DNA of 64,000 nucleotides from Nostoc sp. DedSLP01 (GTDB taxonomy: Bacteria > Cyanobacteriota > Cyanobacteriia > Cyanobacteriales > Nostocaceae), in NCBI GenBank assembly GCA_034530875.2, contig JAVRCJ020000010.1, positions 179,505 through 243,504 of the forward strand. Reading direction: 5' to 3'. Under the pieces are notes generated by a model. It was not told the DNA's origin and searched no databases. It worked only from the letters and a program-made list of their open reading frames with translations. Both the position numbers and the translations under genes were made by a program. Positions 10,101 through 19,100 of this stretch are shown here, in pieces (the first letter of the stretch is position 1; the number at the start of each line of letters is the position of its first letter).

Positions 10101-11911
10101 AGTAATACTGGGGCTTGAGTTTCTTCTAAAATAAATGCTAATCGCTCAATTGGATAACTCGGGTCTAGTGGAATATATGCTCCGCCTGCTTTGAGGATTC
10201 CCAACAGCCCGATTAGCATATTTAGGGAACGCTCTACACAAATCCCCACCAATACCTCTGGTTTTACTCCCAGTTGTTGTAAATAATGCCCTAGTTGATT
10301 TGTTCTATTGTTGAGTTCGCGGTAGGTTAATTGTTGGTCTTCAAACACCACCGCTACAGCATCGGGTGTTTTTTCTACTTGCGCTTCAAATAACTCATGA
10401 ATGCACTGTTGAGCATATTCAACTTCTGTATCATTCCACTCCACAAGCAATAGCTGTCGCTCAATATCTGTTAACAGTGGTAACTCTGATAAAAGCTGCT
10501 TTGGATTAGTAACAATTCCTTCTAGCAAAGTCTGCAAATGTCCGAGCATTCTTTGTATAGAGCTTTCATCAAATAAATCAGTGTTGTATTCTAAATTCCC
10601 TAATAAACCATGAATAGTTTCAGTTAAATATAGAGTTAGATCTAACTTGGCAGTATCGCTATTGCTTTCTAAGAAATTTAAAGTTAAACCAGGCAACTCT
10701 AAGGCAGATATCGGCGCATTCTGAAGCACAAACATCACTTGAAATAGTGGTGTATGACTTAAGTCTCGCTGTGGTTGCAGTTCTTCAACTAACAACTCAA
10801 AAGGCAAATCTTGATGGGCGTAAGCTCCTAAAGCTACTTCCCGCACTCGTTTTAGTAACTCTTCAAAGCTGGGATTTCCTGCTAAGTTAGTCCGCAATAC
10901 TAAGGTATTGACAAAAACTCCAATTAACCCTTCTATTTCTGCTCTGTTACGGTTAGCGATGGGCGAACCGACAACAATATCTTCGCTGCCTGTGTAACGC
11001 CATAATAATGTTTGGAAAGCTGCCAATAGAGTTATAAATAATGTACTTCCTTGTTGTCTGCTGAATTTATTTAAGGAAAAAGAGAGTTTATCCGATAGTT
11101 TGAATGAGTAAGTCGAACCGCGATAAGTTTGAATTGCTGGTCTTGGACGGTCAGTAGGTAATTCTAATACTTTTGGCGCATTCTTTAACTGCTCAAGCCA
11201 ATAAGATAGTTGAGTTTTGAGTACTTCTGTTTGCAGCCATTGTCGTTGCCAAGCTGCGAAGTCTACATACTGTATTGGTAGCGCAGGTAATGGTGAGGGC
11301 TGTCCATTACAAAAAGCTTGATAAAGTGTTGCCAACTCCCGCGCTAGTACATCGATTGACCAACCATCAGAGACGATATGGTGCATTGTCAATAATAAGA
11401 TGTGTTCTTGTTGATCGAGACGTAATAGTTTCACTCTCAGCAGTAAGTCGCTTTTGAGATTGAAAGGTTTTTGTGCTTCTTGAGTAGCTTGTTTTTTGAC
11501 TTCTGCTTCTTGTCGATCTAAAGATAAATCGCTAATATCGAGTATTGGTAATATTAAAGATATCGCTTCCGAAATTACAGCGATCGCCTGTCCTTCTTTT
11601 GTTTCAAAATTTGTTCGCAGGGCTTCATGGCGGTTGATAATTTCGTTAAAACTTTGTTCTAGCGCCTTAACATTCAATTGCCCCTCTAGGCGAACAGCAG
11701 CAGGCATATTGTAAAAGGGACTATCTGGTTCTAATTGAGCGAGGAAGTATAAGCGTTCTTGAGCGAATGAGAGTTTATAAAAATCATTCTCTACGATACG
11801 AAGAATAGTTCCAATTTTTGAAGTGTTTATCCCCTTTTTTTGGAGTAGCAGCTTAAAAAGCTCTTGTTTTTCTGAGGGAAAATTACCTCTATGTGTCGAT
11901 GATTCAGCCAT
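7187..11911 (-). CDS. NRPS: C-A(Gly)-PCP-C
   Basis: Two intact C motifs (HHIVSDGWS, HHIIFDGWS), A code DILQLGMIWK (Gly) and PCP motif GGHSL. Confidence 0.93.
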   Translation of the reverse strand: MAESSTHRGNFPSEKQELFKLLLQKKGINTSKIGTILRIVENDFYKLSFAQERLYFLAQLEPDSPFYNMPAAVRLEGQLNVKALEQSFNEIINRHEALRTNFETKEGQAIAVISEAISLILPILDISDLSLDRQEAEVKKQATQEAQKPFNLKSDLLLRVKLLRLDQQEHILLLTMHHIVSDGWSIDVLARELATLYQAFCNGQPSPLPALPIQYVDFAAWQRQWLQTEVLKTQLSYWLEQLKNAPKVLELPTDRPRPAIQTYRGSTYSFKLSDKLSFSLNKFSRQQGSTLFITLLAAFQTLLWRYTGSEDIVVGSPIANRNRAEIEGLIGVFVNTLVLRTNLAGNPSFEELLKRVREVALGAYAHQDLPFELLVEELQPQRDLSHTPLFQVMFVLQNAPISALELPGLTLNFLESNSDTAKLDLTLYLTETIHGLLGNLEYNTDLFDESSIQRMLGHLQTLLEGIVTNPKQLLSELPLLTDIERQLLLVEWNDTEVEYAQQCIHELFEAQVEKTPDAVAVVFEDQQLTYRELNNRTNQLGHYLQQLGVKPEVLVGICVERSLNMLIGLLGILKAGGAYIPLDPSYPIERLAFILEETQAPVLLTQTSLLGAIPHNEAKIICLDADWHNIAQENQENLLSKLSLDNLAYVIYTSGSTGKPKGVQIPHSALSNFLYSMKETPGLTQEDTLVAVTTYSFDIAALELFLPIIVGGRVVIVSREVAADGIELSAKITDSKATVMQATPATWQLLLTAGWSGNEELKILCGGEALPEQLANQLLHRCGSLWNMYGPTETTIWSAASQVETDNRTISISGAIANTQFYILDEYDRLVPVGVPGQLHIGGDGLARGYFNRPQLTAQNFIPNPFSQKPGRLYKTGDLARYLPNGEIEYIGRIDNQVKVRGFRIELQEIEALLNQHSGVQQAVVIVRKDAVDSQRIVAYLVAENEQKLIISQVRSFLESKLPSYMMPTNFVILETLPLTPNGKVDRKALPALDTILSEFADNFVAPQTAIEKQLAMIWMQVLDLEKLGINDNFFELGGHSLLATQVISRINKNFDIELPLRRIFESPTIAKLSKNIEDKQLIFNSLPPIERVSREIELPLSFAQQRLWFLHQLDPKSYIYNGSSAVLLEGLLNVKALEKSINEIVRRHEILRTSLQIVNGQPAQIIASALKIPLTIVDLGHLPDSEHETQIQAIRLANYQQPFDLTQAPLLRLTLLRLEARKHILLVTMHHIIFDGWSEGVLIRELSALYEAFSHDLPSPLPEINIQYADFAAWQRKYLQGELLDTLVTYWKKQLGENLPVLQLPTIPQVGEAKTFLEGRQTLILSHTLSQEIKKLSNSLGTTLFMTLLGTFKVLLSWYTGDKDIVVGTDIANRNQIEIESLIGFFVNQLVLRSSLYGNPNFTDFLQHIRKVCLEAYTHQDLPFEQLVTALNPKRDFSQTPLFQVKFILQNTPTHPLVLSDLTLTSLDVLENTVTRFDLLLELNDTEQGIVGLLKYNKDLFDASSTSRLVNNFELILSQIVANPHINLNELEKIIIKADKEYQLNQEEKRKEKHQQKLSRVKRKVIEIVTEVE

Positions 11912-11926
11912 ATTTTAACCTCACTT

Positions 11927-12769
11927 CTACGCCAAGCTTTCAATCAATAAAGCATTCTCTGATAGAGGTTCTATTGGTCGATAATCACGGCTTACAAGAA
12001 ACTCCGGTCGGGGATTTGGTACAGGTAAAGGAATATTTTCAATACTGTTGTAAGTAACAATTACAACTGCTCTGTCAAACGGAGATATGTTACTCGGTGA
12101 AGCATGAACAATATTGCTATCAAATAATAGCACTGAGCCTGCCGAAGCTTTGATAGAGCAAATTCCATACTTTAATACTAAATCAGCAACCAACTCTTTA
12201 TTAAGAGAATACTTTAGTTTTGCACTAAAATTTGACATCCATGCCGGACGTTCTGTTTTAGCTATAGGCTGATTGCTTGTATTTGGGTCTACAATTTCAA
12301 TCATCCCTTCCTTGTGTGAACCAGGAATCACAAATAGTGGTCCGTTAAATTCATTCATGTCATCCAATAATACAAGGGCATTCACCACTCGTGGTGTTGG
12401 CAAACCATCTTCTTTACGCCAAAAAATGTAGTCTTGATGCCATTCCCAAATGTCTCCCCTAAATGCAGCCTTCGCATTAATTTTGAACTGGTAGATATAA
12501 ACTTTGCTGCCAAGAAGCTGCATTGCAGGTTTAACTAGCTGTGGATGTTGAGATAAACGTTGAAAAATCTCATCTGTGCTATGTACTCCATGCACTGCTC
12601 GCACAGTCTTTCCCTCTTCTTCAAGAATCCTTTTTGAGGTTTCTTGAGAAAAGATTAGAGGTAACTTAAGGTTCATTCTATTAACTTCTGCTTGAGAAAA
12701 ACATTCGGGTAGCAAGACAAAACCATTGTCTTCATAAATTTGAATTTGCTCTTTTGTCAAATACATCAT
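11927..12769 (-). CDS. PhyH-family Fe(II)/2OG dioxygenase, L-proline trans-4-hydroxylase-like
   Basis: H-x-D (WHQD) and distal His (IVHAS). The segments TVRAVHG, QFKINAKA, WHQDYIFW-x-x-EDG and PRPEFL resemble, from recall, the actinobacterial free-proline trans-4-hydroxylase. Confidence 0.8.
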   Translation of the reverse strand: MMYLTKEQIQIYEDNGFVLLPECFSQAEVNRMNLKLPLIFSQETSKRILEEEGKTVRAVHGVHSTDEIFQRLSQHPQLVKPAMQLLGSKVYIYQFKINAKAAFRGDIWEWHQDYIFWRKEDGLPTPRVVNALVLLDDMNEFNGPLFVIPGSHKEGMIEIVDPNTSNQPIAKTERPAWMSNFSAKLKYSLNKELVADLVLKYGICSIKASAGSVLLFDSNIVHASPSNISPFDRAVVIVTYNSIENIPLPVPNPRPEFLVSRDYRPIEPLSENALLIESLA

Positions 12770-12869
12770 TAGTTTTTTGAACGTTATTTAGTAAGTCAAT
12801 AAATTTCCATCAATTTCTTTTTAACTAAAAAGTTGATAATGCTTCAGCTGAATCTGTACAGCAAACTCT

Positions 12870-15800
12870 TTAGTTTGACTCATTTTTTAATTTTTCAATC
12901 TCACTTTTTTCTTGAGAAAGTATTTTTTTTACTTCGTCGGTCGGGATTTGTTCCAATTCTTTCCACGTTCGAGCAATTTCTTCGACAACTTCGTGAGTAC
13001 CCCAGATTTGCGTGACTGTATTAACCAAACCTTCTATCGTAGGTGATTTAAACAAACTACGTATAGGTAGCTCTACTTGGAAGACTTGCCTAATCTGGGA
13101 AATAACTCGTGTTGTCATTAGTGAATGACCTCCTAACTCAAAGAAATTATCGTATATGCCCACTTTTTCAATACCAAGAACTTTTCCCCATATCTGTGCC
13201 ATTATTTCCTCTGCCGCAGTTCGAGGTGCGGTAAAAGTTCTTTCTAGTTCAGGTTGTGTAAAGTTTGGTATTGGCAATGCTCGACGATTCACCTTGCCAT
13301 TAGGTGTCAGTGGTAGTGCCTCCAAGAATATAAATGCTGATGGCACCATATAATTAGGTAATTTATCGTGCAATAAACAGCGCAATTCAGTACCTATGGA
13401 AGTTGATTCATCGTTAGACACCACATAGGCGACTAAACGCTTGTTGTCTGCTTCATCTTTGCGATCAAGGACAACTACTTCTCTTACAGCTGGATGCTGG
13501 CTTAGTACTGCTTCAATTTCTCCGAGTTCAATGCGGAAACCACGAATTTTAACTTGGTCGTCAATACGCCCTAGATATTCAATATTACCATCGGGCAGAT
13601 ATCGGGCTAAATCCCCCGTTTTATACAAACGGGCATCAGGTTTGTTACTAATGGGATCGGGTATAAATTTTTCTGCTGTTAAATCCGGTCGATTTAAATA
13701 GCCTTGTGCTAAAGAAACCCCACCTATATAAAGTTCTCCACTAACTCCAAGCGGTACAGGATTAAATTGTCGATCTAATATGTAGATTTGAGTATTAGCA
13801 ATGGGTTTACCAATAGAAGGATAGAATGTCCACTCATCAGGATTGTTCTCTAGACTTAAAGCAGTTACTACATGAGTTTCTGATGGTCCATAGTGGTTGT
13901 GTAAGGAACAATGCTTCAAGAATTTGAATAGTTTGATGATAGGTTGAGTAATTTGTAATTGCTCGCCTGTAGTAGTAATTTCTCTAAGAGTGCCCAACAG
14001 TTGAGTATGTAAGGGAGTAATGCCTTGCTCATCTACCAATTCGGCTAGTAACTTTAGCACAACAACTGGGAGAATCATTTTTTCAATTGCTTTATATGAA
14101 AGAAATTGCCCTAAGCGAACAGCATCCATTCGTAAATTTTCTGAAAGGATGAACAAAGTACCGCCAGTACCCCAGGTAGCAAATATCTCATGAAAGCTAG
14201 CATCGAAGCTCAAAGAGGCAAACTGAAGGGTACGCGCCCCTGTGTAGAGACATGAAAAATGCCATTGGAGGAGATTCATTAAAGAACGTTGGGGTAAACA
14301 AATACCTTTAGGCCTACCTGTGGAACCAGATGTGTAAATTACATACGCTAAGTTGGCAATTGTAACACCGTTGACTAAGTTTTCTTCGCTGGTATTGGCT
14401 ATATTTTCCCAGTCTTTGTCCAAGCAGATGACACGCGCTTTGTTCTCCGGAAGCTGCTCAAATAGCGACTCTTGGGTTAATAGTACAGATACCTGTGTAT
14501 CCTCCAGCATGAATGCTATACGTTCTTGTGGATATGCTGGATCTATTGGGACATACGCGCCACCGGCTTTGAGAATCCCCAACACTCCGATCGCCATATC
14601 GAGCGATCGCTCTACATAAATCCCCACCAATACTTCTGGTTTTACTCCCAGTTGTTGTAAGTAATGCGCTAATTGATTCGCTTTGGCGTTCAGTTCTCGA
14701 TAGGTTAATTGCTCATTTTCAAACACCACCGCCACAGCATCGGGTGTTTTTTCTACTTGCGCTTCAAATAACTCATGAATGCAATCTTGAGGATACTCAA
14801 CTTGCGTATCATTCCACTCTACAAGCAACTGATGTCGCTCAATTTCTGTTAAAAGCGACAACTCACAAAGGCGCTGCTGTGGATTAGCGACTATACCCTC
14901 TAGCAAAGTCTGTAAATGCCCTAGCATTCGAGCGATACTATCAGTGTCGAAGCGATCGCCATCATCATAACTAATTTTGAGCGATAACTCTTCACCAGGA
15001 ATTACAGTTAGCCTAATAGGGTAATTAGTCTTTTCAAAGCTATGAAAACCCTTAATTTCTAAATTAATATTCTGTTGCCGTAATGAAGCATCAATAGGAT
15101 AGTTCTCAAAAACTACAATACTCTCAAACAAAGATAAATCTTTAGGAACTTCGCTCCATTCTTGGATTTTTACTAACGGACTATACTCGTATTGACGTGC
15201 TTCAACTAGTTGATTTTTAATTTTCTCAAGCCAAGGCAAAAGAAATTCTTCGGGTGATATTTGTACTCGAATCGGCAGTGTGTTGATTAACAGACCTACC
15301 ATAGACTCAACTTTCGCTAAAGTCGGAGGACGCCCAGAAGTTACCGCCCCAAAAACTACATCCTCCTGACCGCTGTAGCGGCTCAATAGTAAAGCCCAAG
15401 CTCCCTGTACTATGGTATTTAGCGTTAGCTGATATTGCTTTGCTAGAGATTGCAGCTTTGCTGTTGTGGCTACAGAAAGCTTAACTTCTCGCTCCATAGA
15501 GGCATCGATTTGAGCCAGTAATTTTCTCGCTCCTTTATTTACTGATAGCTGTGTTGGAGTCGTAAAACCTTTAAGTGTCTGTCGCCAGAAAGTCTCAGCC
15601 TCAGATAGGTTTTCTTGCTGTAACCAGACAATATAATCCCGATATGGGCGAATGGGTTCTAAGTTGACATTTTGACCATTGCTGAAAGCTTTATAACAAT
15701 CAAAAACTTCCTTCAGAACCAATGCAATAGACCACCCATCCAACAATATATGATGATGGCTCCAAGTAAAGTTATAGGAAATATCCGAAAGTTGAATGAG

Positions 15801-16187
15801 TGTCAGGCGCATCAATGGCGGCTGCGTCAGTTCAAAGCCTCTAGAAAGATCGCTTTGCCAAAAAAGTTCTAATTTTTGTTGTTGTTCTTCTGATGAGAGA
15901 TGCTGCCAATCATACTCTTGCCAAGGTAGTACTACCTGTCGATGCACAATTTGTACTGGTTCTTTTAAGCCTTCCCAAACAAAGCTAGTTCGTAAAATTG
16001 CATGTCGTTCTATAACATACTGCCATGCACGATGGAATTCTCTAATGTTAAGCTTTCCTTCGAGAGTCCAACTCAATTGTTCAAAATAAACGCCAGATTC
16101 CGGGGCTGCCAAACTATGAAAGAGAATGCCCTGTTGCATGGGCGATAGAGGATAAAATTCTTGAATATTTTTGTTTTTTACACTCAT
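12870..16187 (-). CDS. NRPS: C(DCL-type)-A(Pro-family, atypical code)-PCP
   Basis: Start moved to ATG 16187 (MSVKNKNIQEFYPLSPMQQG), 2 nt after the upstream stop. C motif is HHHILLDGWS with DCL-like GAVTSGRP. The A domain has the Pro-family HNHYGPSETHVVT; hand-read code DAHITTHVVK. Confidence 0.9.
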   Translation of the reverse strand: MSVKNKNIQEFYPLSPMQQGILFHSLAAPESGVYFEQLSWTLEGKLNIREFHRAWQYVIERHAILRTSFVWEGLKEPVQIVHRQVVLPWQEYDWQHLSSEEQQQKLELFWQSDLSRGFELTQPPLMRLTLIQLSDISYNFTWSHHHILLDGWSIALVLKEVFDCYKAFSNGQNVNLEPIRPYRDYIVWLQQENLSEAETFWRQTLKGFTTPTQLSVNKGARKLLAQIDASMEREVKLSVATTAKLQSLAKQYQLTLNTIVQGAWALLLSRYSGQEDVVFGAVTSGRPPTLAKVESMVGLLINTLPIRVQISPEEFLLPWLEKIKNQLVEARQYEYSPLVKIQEWSEVPKDLSLFESIVVFENYPIDASLRQQNINLEIKGFHSFEKTNYPIRLTVIPGEELSLKISYDDGDRFDTDSIARMLGHLQTLLEGIVANPQQRLCELSLLTEIERHQLLVEWNDTQVEYPQDCIHELFEAQVEKTPDAVAVVFENEQLTYRELNAKANQLAHYLQQLGVKPEVLVGIYVERSLDMAIGVLGILKAGGAYVPIDPAYPQERIAFMLEDTQVSVLLTQESLFEQLPENKARVICLDKDWENIANTSEENLVNGVTIANLAYVIYTSGSTGRPKGICLPQRSLMNLLQWHFSCLYTGARTLQFASLSFDASFHEIFATWGTGGTLFILSENLRMDAVRLGQFLSYKAIEKMILPVVVLKLLAELVDEQGITPLHTQLLGTLREITTTGEQLQITQPIIKLFKFLKHCSLHNHYGPSETHVVTALSLENNPDEWTFYPSIGKPIANTQIYILDRQFNPVPLGVSGELYIGGVSLAQGYLNRPDLTAEKFIPDPISNKPDARLYKTGDLARYLPDGNIEYLGRIDDQVKIRGFRIELGEIEAVLSQHPAVREVVVLDRKDEADNKRLVAYVVSNDESTSIGTELRCLLHDKLPNYMVPSAFIFLEALPLTPNGKVNRRALPIPNFTQPELERTFTAPRTAAEEIMAQIWGKVLGIEKVGIYDNFFELGGHSLMTTRVISQIRQVFQVELPIRSLFKSPTIEGLVNTVTQIWGTHEVVEEIARTWKELEQIPTDEVKKILSQEKSEIEKLKNESN

Positions 16188-16188
16188 C

Positions 16189-19100
16189 TTACATATCTCC
16201 CATAGCTGCTGTAATGGCGTCGAGATCCGCTTGATCCCATTGGCTTTGCTTAAACTCAGCGAAATCCGAAGGAGTAAAACCACCTGCATCGTAAGACTGA
16301 CAATGAGCAATCAGCGATCGCAATGCCTCAATAAACCTTTGAGCGAGTGCTTCAATCGTGCTTTGTCGATGGAACTGATTGCTGTAAGTCCAACTTATTT
16401 CCAGATATCCCTGATAAATACCGGCGTTAATTTCTAATAAGTGAGTTCGTTTATTTCGTAAACTGCGATTTGCATCACTTGCACCCTGGACTAAGCTAAA
16501 TAAAGATGATTCTGATAAAAGGCGATCGAACTGTCCTAAATAGTTAAAAATAACTTCAGCTTTTAATGAAGAAAGTTGTTTGTTTATTTCCTGATTACGA
16601 CTCAGATAGCGTAGTAATCCATAACCAATACCTTGATTGGGAATTGCTCGTAACTGTTCTTTAATCGATTTCAAAGCTTTTCCTAAATCATTGGTATTTT
16701 CCAGATTTAGATGTACCGGAAAAACACTTGTGAACCAACCTACAGTTCTCGATAAATCCACATCCTCAAAGAGTTCTTCTCGTCCATGTCCTTCTAAATC
16801 AATTAGTAGAGAAGTTTCTCCTGTCCACTGGTGAAATATTTGGATAAGTGCTGTTAATAATATATCATTAATTTGTGTCCGATAAGCTGTTGATACTTCT
16901 TGTAACAAACTTTTAGTTTCTTGTTGAGACAAGGATACTGAAACAATAGAAGCTGTTTCTTCTATATTATTTCCGTCAATAAAATCTCTTGGTATCGGCG
17001 AAACAAATTGATGTTGTGTTGCCAGCCAAAACTCTAGCTCTGAAAGTAGTGCTGAAGATTGAGCATATTTTTGGAGACGGCTAGACCATTCTTTATAAGA
17101 AGTTGTTTTTGGTAGCAAGTTTATTAATTTGCCCTGACTAATTTGCTGGTAAGCTGTTTGAAAATCTTCAATTAAAATTCGCCAAGAAACAGCATCAACA
17201 ACTAAATGGTGAATAATCCAAAGCAAGCGGTTACCTTGATTTACACCCAAGTTAAAAAGAGCAACTTGGAATAAAGGCCCTTGTGACAGATTTAAGCTTG
17301 CCTGTAGTTTAGCAGTTGCTGCTGCGATCGCTACCGCTTGTTTATCTTTTTGCAGCTCTGAAAAATCAAAGCACCTCAGCGGAATCTTATCATCAGGAGT
17401 AGCATTCAGTGCTTGAATACTAAATTCATCTTCTATAAATCGCAAACGTAAAACATCATGATGCTTTTGTAGAAACTCTAAAACTTCCTCTAAAATTACA
17501 GGGTCAATGTTCTGCTTGCTTTCTAACAAAACTGACTGATTCCAATGGTGTAGTTCTGGTTGCTTTTGTTCAAAAAACCAATGCTGAATCGGTGTTAGCT
17601 CTAGCGAACCAGCCACAGCCATCTGTTCGGCTTGAATTTTTCTAGTTGTTCCAGCTACAACGGCTAATTGAGCGATGGTTTGATGTTGAAATAATTGCTT
17701 GGGAGTTAGATTTAGCCCTATTTGATTAGCTTTAGATATTACTTGCAAGCTCAGTATAGAATCGCCGCCTAATCTAAAAAAGTTGTCGTTTATACCTACT
17801 TTTTCTAACCCTAATACCTCTGCCCAAATAGCAGCCAGCTGTTTTTCAACGGTTGTATTTGCTGCAACAAACGTTTCTTCAAGTTCTGGATGTACTGTAT
17901 CGGGAACGGGTAATGCTTTGCGGTCAACTTTACCATTAGGCGTGAGGGGTAGTGCTTCTAATATTACAAAAGCCCCTGGTATCATGTAGCTTGGTAACTT
18001 TGACTCTAAAAAGCTTTGTAGTTCAGAAATTGTCAGTGTTTGTTCTTTTTGAGGAACTAAATATGCAACTAAACGTTGAGAATTTCCAGAATCTTCACGT
18101 ACTAAAACTACAGTTTTTTTGACTGTTGGGTATTGCTTTATGAGTGCTTCAATTTCACCCAATTCAATCCTGAAACCACGGACTTTTACTTGATAGTCAA
18201 TCCGACCAAGGTATTCTATTTCTCCATTGGGTAAATAACGGGCTAAATCGCCTGTTTTGTACAATCTTTCCCCTGGCTGATTTGCGTAGGGGTTGGGAAT
18301 AAATTTATCCGCAGTCAGTTCGGGTCGATTTAAATAACCACGCGCTAAACCTGCGCTGCCAATATACAACATACCAGGTACGCCAACAGGAACAGGTTGA
18401 TAATTTCGGTCTAACAAATAAATTTGCGTATTATGAATCGGACGACCAATAGGTGGAGTGTTAGTACTACCTTTTTGTATCCAGGCAGAAGTTGAATAAG
18501 TTGTATCTTCAGAAGGGCCGTAGAGGTTAAAGACCTGTTTTATATTCTCCCGTTGATAAAGTTGTTGTACGAGTTGATTGTCGAGTGGTTCGCCTGCAAT
18601 ATTAACAGTTTGCACTGATGTGGGAATGCCATCAGTTGTGAGTAACTGTGAAATTACACTTGGAACAGTATTGATTAAAGTTACATTCTCGGCTGCTGGG
18701 AAAGTTGGTAAATATAGTGCATTCTCGATTAACAATACCTTGCCACCACAACACAGAGGAACAAATATCTCAAACACCGAAAGGTCAAAGCAAATCGAAG
18801 TTGATGCTAAAACTCCTTTTTTCGCTTCAAACTCAAAGGTTTTATTTGCCCAATCCAACATTGCAACTGTGCTGCTGTGTTGAATTGCTACACCTTTGGG
18901 TCTGCCTGTCGAACCAGAGGTATAGATGACATAAGCTAGGTTGTCAGGAGAAAGCTGAGATAATAAATTTTCTTTGCTTTGTTGGGCGATATCATACCAA
19001 TCTGCATCTAAACAAACGACTTGGGCTTTGTGTTGCGGCATTGCTTCTACAAGCGAGGCTTGAGTTAGCAGTACTGATACTTGGGCATCTTCTAAAATAA

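Noticed and set aside
11927..12769. Ectoine hydroxylase (ectD)
   Set aside because: Same fold family, but there is no ectABC in the window, and both the motifs and the adjacent Pro-family A domain fit a proline hydroxylase better.
16188..16310. ORF-track start of the second NRPS at 16310
   Set aside because: It overlaps the upstream NRPS by about 120 bp. ATG 16187 directly follows the upstream stop and gives a typical C-domain N-terminus.
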